Origin: Octopus bimaculoides | Lineage: Eukaryota | Direction: 5' to 3' | Length of the DNA stretch: 58,438 nucleotides | Assembly (NCBI RefSeq): GCF_001194135.2 | Contig: NC_068984.1 | Coordinates: forward strand, 91,432,968 to 91,491,405 | Part shown: piece by piece, positions 26,101 to 38,100 of the stretch | Position numbering within the stretch: the stretch's first letter is position 1 | Layout of the letters: every line of letters starts with the position of its first letter | Notes under the pieces: generated by a model | The model's input: only the letters and a program-made list of their open reading frames with translations | The model's database searches: none | What the model was told of the DNA's origin: nothing | Made by a program: the position numbers and the translations under genes

Positions 26101-29100
26101 TTCACATTCATCAGTGAATCTTCACATTCATATGGCTTCTGTAGAGTCAGATCTCTCTGAGAACTGCTTTCTTCCTTCACACATCAGTGGTCTTACATTC
26201 TAAAAGAACTTCTGAGAAATGTTATTGCTATCATCATAAGCAAAGCTTTCAGCTGTATCTGGCACTAGAATCTTCCAATAAAACTGCTTAATTATAGGCT
26301 CCATCCATTTCTCGTCTTTTCTATTGGAGCCTTCCTGTTAGAATGCTCTATTGCAGAGTGCCTTAAAGAGGTCTGTCTCATCCACGTTCTGTCTCCTTGA
26401 CTGCTTCTAGGGTTTGGTAATATTTGGAATGTTTCCTCTGTACTTTGGTGTAGTCACTACATATATCAAAGAAACACACCTACAACTCTACATTTTCCCT
26501 GCTCATAGACAATATACAATTAAAATCTTCATAAATGCTTAGCCACTCATTTTCTGATGATCTTTGGTAGAAAACACACTTGTATAACATAATTAACACT
26601 AACTCTCCTGGATCTAAACAGTTGTTAACCCTCTCTTATTGATATATTTTACTAGTGTTTCATTCAAGCCTTTAACAATTCCTACTTACCAATTCTATAT
26701 TCATCTTAACACACTGGGCAAAATGCTTAGCGACATTTCATCTGGCATGATAGCAATGGTGGTTGTGGTGGTGGTGCTGATGATGATCCTCTTCTTCCTT
26801 TCTACTAAAGGCACAAGGCCTGAAATTTAGCAGGAGGGGATTAGTCAATTACATCAACTCCAGTGCTTTACTGGTACTTAATTTATCAACCCTGAAAGGA
26901 TGAGAGGCAAAGTTGGCCTTGGTGGAATTTGAACTGAGAACATAGCAATGGATGAAATGTCACTAAGCATTTTGTCCAGCATGCCAACAATAATGCCAGC
27001 TCACCACATTAACAATAATAATAATCCTCTACTGAAGGCACAAGGCTTGAAATTTGTGGGAAGAGGACTAGCCTATTACAGCGAACCCAGTGTTTCACTG
27101 GTACTTAATTTATCGACCCTGAAAGGATGAAAGGCAAAGTTGACCTCAGCAGAATTTGAACTCAGAACATAGCAATGGGCAAAATGCTGCTAAGCATTTC
27201 GTCCAGCATGCTAACAATTCTGCCAGCTCACTGCCTTAATAATAATTTTTTTTAAAGGATTGATGTAGCTCTTCACAAAAGTAAATAGACAACACCCAGG
27301 GTGTGATGTGATTGCAATAGATGTTTTATTGGTTGAATGATATTTTGACAGCTAGCATGTGTTTGTCAATTTCAAAATGAAAAGTGATAAAAATTCAAAA
27401 TTATAGAAATTCAAATCCAATATATAAGCAAGAGCAACCAACGTCCCCATGTTGATGGAATGACATCATCAGTCTTCAGATTTCAAGTTTACTACTGACA
27501 AAAAGAAAAAGAAAGAATAAAAAGAAAGGAGAATATTTAATCAAACAGTTTTGTGTAAATATGATGAAATTCACTTGTCATTTTATTAATCCCTGCAGGG
27601 CATGATGTTCACCAGCAAACATATTTCTCCTCATGCATTTTGAGTCCTGAAAGTGTAGCAGATTCAGAATATTTTCTGAGAATATGTAGTTCCAAATCTT
27701 TTTTCAAAATTGCAGCTGTTTGATGCAAAATGTTCAGCAAGTTCTGTTGAACTACTGTTATTGTGCCTGACATCATATCTGTGCCCATTGAATCTTTTGT
27801 TTAATCGTTCTGTTGTACAACCAATATAAATCAAGCTGTGTTTGATGCATTCTGCTGCATACACCAAATGGGAATCTTTACATGTTCCACCTTCTGTATA
27901 AATCATAATATTTCTGTTATGATTTCTGATGGAATTCACTTCACTGATGTTGTTGCACAATGAACAGGGCTTACTTCTCTTGCAGCTGTTTTTCAAATTA
28001 CAGCCTGCAGGAACTCCAATGTTAGTTTTCTTGGAGTCAGAAGTAAAGGTTAATAGTTCTCTTATATTTTTATTCCATCTAAAAGTTTCAATAGGCGGCT
28101 GAGGAAATATTTGTTTGAAACAAGGATATTTTTCATAACATGCTGGTAACTGTCATGTTGAAATGCTAGCGAAATTTCGGCGCCAGTTAATCATTAAAGG
28201 AATTCTGTCAGATATTGTACTTTGCTAAAATTATGCATGAGAGTTAGATTTTCTTTGCTATGTCATTTGCTATTTCCTTTAATTCACTGTAACTGCATTT
28301 GCCATAATGGTGTACAAAAGCATTTGCATGTTTCCAGTAATTCCCTATATCTGTACAGGTCCGTTTTATCCTCAAAAATTGGGATTTCAGATTTGACTGA
28401 ATTATATGATGTGGATAATCAGAGCAGCAGTGGAGGTAAATGTAGAATGATATGAGCTTGCAAAATAACTCTGTTGCTCTTCTGCCTCCAGAAAACTTAA
28501 CTTTTGTGTCCAAATATGAAATGCTAGTTTTTGAAAAACTAGATGTAAATTTTATGTTGGACTTAATGCCATAGTTTTTAGCATTACAGTCACAGAAGTG
28601 CAAGAAGTCAATTAAACTATCCTATGATCCTTCCCAGACAAAAAAAGACATCATCAATAAACCGTAACTAGAGTATTGGTTCATGACTATGTAGGGATTT
28701 GGATGTCTTCAGTAACTGTTTTGAATTTTGTCATGAAGACATTAGGGAAATTAACTGCCATAGGGGTACCCATGGTGCAACCCCTTGTCTGGTGGTAAAA
28801 TTTCTGTCCAAACTTCATTGTGTTACTTTGTAACACAAACCTCAATAGCCTACAGAGAAAATTAGATGGAATAATCTGCTACACTTTCAGTCCTTAAAAG
28901 GCATGAGGAGAAATATGGTTGTGAGTTATTAACATCACTCCCTGAAGGGATGAATAAAATGATAGAGAAATTTCATCATATTTACACAAAACTGTTTGAT
29001 TAAATATTCCTCTTCTTTTTCCTTTTCTTTTCTCTTTTTTCTTTCTTTTATTTTTTGCCAATTGTAAATTTGAAATGTGAAGACTGATGATGTCATTCCT

Positions 29101-32100
29101 GCAACATGGGGATGCTGGTTGCTCTCATTCATATTTTGGATTAAAATTTTTATTACTTTTCATTTTGAACTCGACAAAGACACGCTAGCTGTCGGAATAT
29201 TGTTCAACCAATAAAATCACTATTGCAATCACATCGCGCTCCTCATATTGTCTAATAATAATAACAATAACAACAACACTGTTCTACCTGTATCATTCCT
29301 CTTCCCCCATTACTTCTAGGTAGGTACAGACGATCAACATCTGCCTTTGAGTGATTCATGTTCTTAGATGTTAATAATTTTCTTGTCTTCCTGCCCAGGC
29401 ATTGGAGCTCCATAGGATTCCAGTTAATGATGTTAAAACTATACTGGATGACTAGAAATGTCAGGGTGTTAAAGTCTTATTCTCCTACAGTACTCCTTTC
29501 TTATTTTTTCCTTCATAGTAGCATGTTGTATACTATCTCCATTTATCCCCATGTATTTATAACTTTCTTGTGGGTCAAGTTTAATGGAAGCTGTTTGTCT
29601 GAGCTTACCTCTTACAAAAGTTGCTTTAGTACACTTATCGAGGTCAAAATCCATCCCAATGTCATTGTTAAACTCTTTAACAGTTGTTAGCAGCCCTACT
29701 GGCTCCTGGTCATTTCTAGCAAATGGCTTCAGATCATCCTTATAAAACAGATGGTTTATTATAGTGTTATAAATTTTGTACCCATACCTGGTGTTATTCA
29801 GTTCATTTGAGAGTGGGATCAGGGCCATGCAAACGAGTAATGGGGAGAGTACAGAGGACTGGATGTTGCAGCTTGTATGCAAACATGAAAGCAGTAAATT
29901 CACAAGGGAACTTGACATTAACTCTGAATTAGATGAAGAACCTGAAACCATTGCCACCAAACAAACAAAATGGATCAAAAAAAGAATGGGCAGAAACATA
30001 TTGAGGAGTAGTGGAGCCAGAAGCCCCTGCATGGACAGTATATTCTTTGATGTCGAAATGCTAATGTAGATCAAGAAGCAAGCCATCAGTGGCTGAGAAG
30101 TTCAAGACTGAAAGCAAAGACCAATGGTTTCATATTAGCAGCCCAAGATCAAAGCTTGCTTACCAGAAACTACCAGGCTAATGTTCTTCAAAATGGTTCT
30201 GACCATAAATGCAGATTTTCCAATACATTTGACAAAACAATAGACCATCTCATTTCAGGATGTCCAAACAAATACAAAAATCACCACAGTAGGGTAGGAT
30301 AGTATTTACATTGGAAAATATGTAAACACTACAAAATTGACAATCCTGCTTACTGGTATGAACATCATCCTGAGCCAGTCGTTGAAGGGTTTTCCAGTCA
30401 ACACTGACAGAACAATTCAGACTAATCAACTGGGCATAATTATTAAAGAGAGAGAATGTAAGTGTTCTCCTGATAAAAATATATATGTAAAGGAATTTGA
30501 CAAATTAAGTAAATATAAGGACCTGGAAATTGAAATACAAAAGATGTGGCATCTTAAAGCAAGAACTGTTCCTGTTATCGTAGGTGCCCTCAGTGTGATA
30601 AAAAAGGAATGTCAGAAACATCTAGACAATATCCCAGGTGAACCATGTCTCAGAGAAATCCAAAAGATTGTGCTGACAAGTATTGCTCACATCCTTAGAA
30701 AAACCCTATCAATTTAAATGTCTGTGTTGTATTACATGAAGATATTTCATTACTGCCCCTGCCACTTCTCCTCCCCAAACTTTCAGTCATACTGTAACAA
30801 CTCTTATCCTTCACTCACCCTTGGACACCCATTGTGTCTTGGCAAGTGATTGTAACAAACATGCAGGTTAAAAGTAAATAATAATAATAATATTTTGTTT
30901 ATCAACCACTAATGGTTCACAAAAAAAATTGGTAATGTTTCAGGACAATACAATGTGGGGTTACATAAAGGAATGGGTAAAAAACAGAAAAACAGTTACT
31001 ATTATATTATATAGAGCTTAATATAAGTGAGATCTGATTAGATTACATGGTTATGTATGGTTTAAGTAACAACATTTATGTTTCTTGAAATTGAACCAAT
31101 AGGGCATATACTTAGTAACAGATTTCAATTAGTTTAAATAATTTAACATTAATGAATTTATTGTAACAAAGCATTCCTAAAGTCTTCATAACTCAAACTA
31201 CTGTGTGTTATTTTTACCTTTCCAGATACTAGTGAAAAAACATTGGTACGACAGTACAGCTTTGATATGGCTGACTCTCCTGAGAGAGGTATGAGCAGGT
31301 CTCCATCCCAAACTGAACATCCAGAAATTCAAGTTTTTTCTGCTGATGAATGTGAAAAGTTTCCATCCTCAGTAAGTGTTAGAGAGAAGGAAGAAAATAT
31401 TGTGATTGTGCAAAGAGAAACTTCACCTATCTCTCATGAAAGAGTAAGTAATACTTTTCAAGGCATTTTCAATTAAATTAAATTTATTGAGTAGTCATAG
31501 ATACACATTACATCATAAACTGCTTATAAAGTTTCATTATTTCTTTGTTATTTGTTTCTTATGTCCCCACCCCTTTTTTTCTCATAAATTGATATTTTCA
31601 TGATTCTAACTATTTTTGTATTTTCTCTTGTTTTAGAAGGATTCCAAAAGACAACAATCTTCTGAAAAAGAAGAGACTAACCTATCAAACAGCCAGGCGC
31701 TAATGGCATTAAAGACAACAAAAGGTCCAACTCATTGTTTACCTTCAGGAGTTTCTGTTGACCCTGTATTAAGTGAACCTTCTTCAACTCAGAAAATTAT
31801 TTTTGTTTCTGAGATACCACAGAGTTTACAAACGATTGTAGCTAATGATACTGGTCAAACATCAATAAGCACGGTATCATTATCTTTTACAGGAATTCTT
31901 CCTAATGGCAGTATGGGCCCTCTTGTTGGCCAGGTGTTACAAGGGTCAAGTAGCACAACATTGAATTCTACTAATACTACCATTACTCTTTCTCCACTTA
32001 TCCCTCCATTTCAGTTTCAGCACCCTTTCCAAGCATTTGAAAGATCAACAGAAATAAAACCTGAAGAAACAAATGTAAAGTTAAAGGAAGATACATCATC

Positions 32101-35100
32101 TACTGTAATCATACCACTAGTAGACACTTCTGGTGAGAACCAGTCACCAATTTGTAATCCCAAAACTGTTTTGTTACCACAAACCTCTTGTGTGCAAACA
32201 GCAAATAGTGTTGCAACAAGCATTATTCATGATTCTGATTCTAATAATCAGCTGCAACCTCAGCCACTCATTGGGCAAGTAGTTTTGCCAAATCAACAAA
32301 CACCAAATAATTCTTCACTTGTGAGTATAATTGTGACTAATCAAGCTTATCAGACTACAGATGGACTATCCCCACAAAATCAGAACAAGCCTGAAAATGG
32401 GTTCCAGTCAGTATACCAACGCATTCAGTCACCTCCGCAACAACATAGTAATAGTGAATCACATATATCAGAAAGCAGGCATATTGAAAGGTCATCACCT
32501 TCAAAACTTGGAAGCAATATGCAAGTCAATAACATGGCTGCCATCAAACCTTCCAACTATATTTCTGAAGGATCTCATCAACCTCTTGCAGTTTTTACTC
32601 CAACTAAAATTGTTGGCCAAAAATTACACTCTGAACAACAATCATCTACATTTGAAAGACATTCACCTGTAATGTTTGTAGATGATATTCAAAGAAGAAA
32701 TTTATATGAACAAAAACAAATAGCTGAACAACAAACATCTTTCAAGATTCAACCATCAACAATGATTTCAAATGTACAAATACCAGTTCATCATATCAGT
32801 AGACAATCACCAAAGACACATGTAGAGAAAAGTTTCTCCCCTACTCTGTTTGCTGACAATTACTCCACAACCAGACAACACCAAACTGATCTTTCTGCTT
32901 CTACACAACCACAGTTAGAAGAATTTTTTCCAGTGCACCAAAATTCAGACAACTTTTCTTCAATTCAACAACACCAAAGAGAAAGGTATTCTCCTATGAG
33001 ACAACCAAATATGGAACAGTATTCTGCTCCACAGAACCAAGTAAATACATATTCACCAAATCAGCAACTAAATATGGACAGATATCCAAAGACACAGCAG
33101 CAGATGGAAAGATATTCTCCAACGCAGCCACTAAATGCAGATAAATATTCTCCTACAAAACAAATAAACATGGACAAATACTCTACTACACAGTTAAAAT
33201 TGGAGAGGTATCCTGCTACACAACAACAGAAAATGAAGCATTACAATCCTGTTCACCAAAGCAATGTCGAGAGATATTCACCCACAAGACAACTCCATGT
33301 GGATAGGTATTCCACAGTTCAACATGTGGACAGGTACAGTCTATCTCAACAACATGCAGATTTGTTGCCTTCACAAAATTATGTTGAAAGAGTATCACCA
33401 TACCATCCTCTTGAAAGATTGTCATCTCCAAGGCATCACAGACAGTTGGGAGATAGGATTTCACCAACAAGACATGTAAACAGACTTTCTCCAACAAGGC
33501 AGCATGTAAGCAGGTTGTCTCCAACACATCATGTTGATAGGTTTTCTCCTACTTGGCAATATACTGACAAATTGTCTCCAACTCAACAAGGAGTAGAGAG
33601 ATTATCACCTTCACGTCAGCATTCAGAGAGATTGTCTCCAAGCCGACAGTTTCTAACTAGATTCTCTCCAACAAGACAAACTAACCGAATGTCTCAAAAT
33701 GTTGACCTTGTGTCTAATCCCAAACCTCATGTTGACATGTCTTTAGAATGCCAATCCCCAACTAGACAAATAATACGAATGTCACCTCAGCCATTCAGTG
33801 ATAAGATATCTGGAACTGCTCAGATCAATAGAGTTCCAAATAAATCAAATGAAACTTCAGGTCAAATACCATTAGAGCCATCTTCAAGTAATCTGTCTGA
33901 ACAACAGTCAACTGATAGATCAATTCCAGAATCAACCATTGAAAAAGTAATCATTGAAAAGCATTTATCATACAGACATTTAGAACCTCAAGTTTCTTCG
34001 AAGATCTTCGGATGCAATGCAACATCTAAGCCTAACGAAACACTCTGTGTTGAAAAACAACATGTTGTAACCAGTATATCTACATCCTGTTCTCAGACAA
34101 TGCAGAAGTCATTTAAAGAGGACTTGAACCGTTGCAGAGATTGCAATAAGAAATTCTCTACTTCACAAGACTATACTGTGCACCGGAGACAACACATGAA
34201 AACGCATCGAAGTGAAGATGCTACTACTTCTCATACACGACCTCATCTTCATAAGTGCTTTCACTCAGAAGGACATGCAGATTCCCGCTCACTGAGCACT
34301 GAAGAGATACCAAAGCCTCCAGACTGTGTGAATTGTAAGGTGGACTTCTGGAAGCAAAACCACTTACCTAAACATTTATGGGCAAAGACTCATAAAATGA
34401 CATTAGAGAAATTACGTAACAAACATTCATCATCAAGTGATAGTGAGCCTGCTAACCTTGCAGACTCAGTATCTGAGACAATTAGTCATTCTACTTCTGC
34501 TGTCACCGTTGTAGCTCCGTCCAGAGTTGAAACCATCCCTGCTTCTGAAAAAGCACTCGATTTGTCGAGAGATGAATCTCTTACAGTAACTCAGACAAGT
34601 ATTGCAAAAACTTCTTCCCTAATAACAACTGCGAGTGTTACTAATGCAGCTAATATTCAGAGTGTTAGTGTTTCTAGTGAACCTACATTTAGATTAAGTG
34701 AAGAAAACAAAATAACTGGATTAGAAACTCCAAGCCAACCACAGCTCTTATTACACCAACGACCACACTACCAAAATTATCTAGAACCTTATAGTGATTC
34801 CAGTATCAAAATTAAGGATGAACCATTAGAATCAGATAAATGGTCTTCTGTTCAAAATCACCAGTGGTTAAGAGTAACCAATAGCAGCACTGAAATGACA
34901 GGAACTGGTATTATTCCTGTAATGTCTGTAATGGCCGTTACTTCCCCCAATATGTGTAATCTTTGCCAAGCTGCGTTTCCTTCACATCACCAGCTTCAAG
35001 TGAGTATTTTTTTACATAAAATATATTCATTATTTCTGACATTATTGTCATCATTTTCATTTATACTGTTTTGATTATAATCATTTATTCTGTGTGTTGT

Positions 35101-38100
35101 GNNNNNNNNNNGATCATATTTCCAAAACAATAGATACTAAGTGTACTGAGCTAGGGAAGAAGAAGAAAAGAAGAGATTTGTGAGGATCAGGGGTATGAGA
35201 TGTTCCAAATTGCAAGACAGTGTTGATGACAAGAAAGAAGCATGGGAGTGTTATTATGAGTGGTTGAAAAGAGAGAACTACATTGAACTGTTTGTACTCA
35301 ATATGCTCTACCCTACCCTATCTGTATTGCCATCCATCACTACCTCTTCTCTGTGTCCTATTCTGCTATCCTCTTGTCTATAACCTTCTCCTCTCTCCTA
35401 TAACCCAATAACTGTTTCTACCATCCTACTCTTGTTCCTTTCACCAACCCCTTCTATCATTCTGCTTGTTCACTTCATCTCATTGATCACATTACCTGAG
35501 TGAAAATATATGTCTAAACTTACTGAATACTCTTTATACTTGTAGTGTATAAGACACACTGGTGTCACAAAGGAAGCCACTCTGCTGCACACCCACTTGA
35601 TTGATTAGTAAGCAAAGTAGGATTGAGATGTTGCTTAGCAGATGGCAAATGAGTAAAGGAAGTGTAGGATTGTGAGGTCACTTCAGTTATGTATCACTGA
35701 GGACTTATAGACCTCTCTAGTGTTGATGCTATGAGAAAATGCACTCACTACATTCTGCAAAGTAGTTGATAATAATAAGGGCATCCAGTCTCGGAAACCA
35801 AGCCAAAATGATATGTGCAAGTACCAATCTTTGAAAACAGTAGTTCCCAATAAGAAAAGACTCAGACCTATTCAACCCACACCAGTATAGAAAATAGACA
35901 TAAAGAGATGATGAATAAAGAATTTTAGCTTTTTAATTATTCTTACATAGAAGTTAGATGAAACTTTTATCTACTGGAAGCTTGCATTATTGTTTATATA
36001 ATAATAGGATTTTTGTTAAGATTTCAATTTAAATAAATTAGTTTGATTTGGGCAGAAACTGGGGTCATTCTCTGACAGGTTGGAATTGAAAGAGTTAAAT
36101 TAATCTTCACCATCTTCTACATCTTTCTTGCTTGTTAGCTCAAAGATTCACTGATAAAGTAATTGTCATTTTTTTTGCTCACAACTTATGCAAACTAGAC
36201 AAATGGTTTTAAACTAGATTATATCTTGTATGATCTGGTTTTACTCAAATCTTATTCCCTGCTTGCGTTATTTGTCTTTATCATGCCTTTCTTCTTATTT
36301 GTTAATTACATCCTATATCACTAGTTTACAATTAATTAGTTCCAGTCTCTTGATTTTACATTGTACATCATACATAATGTTCTTAGCTAATTATTTCAAG
36401 ATTTTGCTGCTTTCCAATCTTTTTATTATATTTCAGTTTTATGTTGGTTGCGTGACAGGTTGTATATGGTTGATTTATATATCGTATGAATGATAAGCAT
36501 GACAAAACTCTCTTTACAGTCTAACATATTTTCAACTTTCTTTTTGTTCAGTTTGACCAATATTCAATGATTACCAAATTTTTCTTGTGACCAACATTGG
36601 TGACTTATTTAGAGTGGATAAGCTCTGCATCTCCATCATCCTTAGAACTGGAGTTGATATATGTGGGGGAATTGGGGTGTCATTACAGCAAGTCCCTTGA
36701 TTTCAGAGGTCAGTCTTCATGGATTGTCATATAGACTGAACATAATTTGCTTTGGTTGCTACAAAGAGATCAAATCTAATCATTAAATGAGCCTTAGCCA
36801 AAGTAAATATCCCTTCAATCCTGAAACTAGTGAGATTGTCCTGGAATGAAGGAAAGGGACACAATGTATTCGCTCTTTACCCTTTTGCTGAAAGTATCAC
36901 TTCATATGGAATGCCATTGTGGTGACTCTGCTGTTCTATCATATGTCTTTAATGCTGTGGCAGAGGTTGGCATTACTATGTCAGGTTGAATGAATAAAAC
37001 ACAAATACTCTAATGAATTTCTAGTTCTTTTGTTTAAAGTAATATATTATTGCTGTTACATTTTATAGTAGAAGATTATAAGGACTTATACATATACTGT
37101 CTCTTTAATTTCTGTCAAAATCTCAAAATAGGTATGATATGACTGATCAAAACATTGCATTTCCTAAAAGAAATTTCTTTAGAATAAACTATTGTGTTGA
37201 GTCACAAGTTATGCAATATGTTGAGGGAGCTAGGTCTGGACTATATGCTGGGTGTGACATCAGTTTGATTCCCTCAAGTTTCTGGAGTTTATTCTGGGTT
37301 GTTCAAGCAGTATGAGGTCTTGCGTTGTCTTACTGCAGAAGAGCTCACTTTCTGTTAACCAATATATTTATATTTATTGCTCATATGTAGCAATACTAGT
37401 AAGTTCGTGTTAAAACTCAGTCTACATATGCTTCAGAAAAAGCTTCAGTCAAATAAAGAGCAATAATAAGAAATTAAAATGACAAAGGAATAAGAAATTA
37501 TGTCATAAACTTCATTAGCTTACAACTGTTTCTACTACAAGATGCAATGCACTCATAATTGAATGCACAAACATTTCAACTATAAGTACATTGCTTCCTA
37601 TAGCAGAAACAACTGGAAGTTCATGAAGTTCATGACATAATTACTTATTCCTTTGTCATCACATAAAAAGCACTGAGTCCACTCTGTGGAGTAGTTGGTG
37701 TTAGGAAGGGCATCCAGCCATAAAATCCCTGCCAAAACAGACTCAGTAGATTTTCTACATGGCCACCTCCTGTCAACCATCCTACCCATGCATTCATAGA
37801 CGATCGATGTTAAACAATGATGATGATGATGAGATATATATATATATATATATATCTAAAAAAAGGAGCACTCCATGGTTACGATGACGAGGGTCCCAGC
37901 TGATACAATCAACGGAACAGCTTGCTCGTGAAATTAACGTGCAAGTGGCTGAGCACTCCATAGACATGTGTAACCTTAACGTAATTCTGATATCTATTGT
38001 TGTGTCTGGGGAGAGTAATTCTCTTTTAGTGCCTTATTATTTAACACACTCACTGGTTAAGTTTCCACTCATTTTTTTTCTAAAATTTTCATTGCGTCTT

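Larger units (their letters stand above)
27286..29254 (-). mobile_element. Penelope-like element (RT C-terminus plus GIY-YIG endonuclease), 5'-truncated, flanked by about 380-bp inverted pseudo-LTRs
   Basis: Minus-strand GTPMAVNF and RFIDDVFFVW (RT), YLDTKV...SQFLRIKRTC (thumb) and LVYAAEC...IYIGCTTERLNKRFNGHR (GIY-YIG). 27286-27664 is the reverse complement of 28873-29254. Confidence 0.92.

Noticed and set aside
27455-27485. Second CTGATGA motif in the Penelope pLTR as another hammerhead
   Set aside because: No GAAA core or stem I partner in either copy.
26788-30892. Idea that the (AAT)-associated SINE is mobilised by the Dong-like LINE
   Set aside because: Sense tails differ, (ATT)n versus (AAT)n, and I saw no shared 3' sequence.
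16424-33527. Antisense and alternate-frame ORFs inside the giant exons
   Set aside because: Expected by-products of long coding sequence; no recognisable domains.
35000-35074. Hydrophobic C-terminus VSIFLHKIYSLFL... of the 1123-aa ORF, resembling a TM helix
   Set aside because: Intron read-through after the gtgagt donor; the finger is completed by exon 38531.
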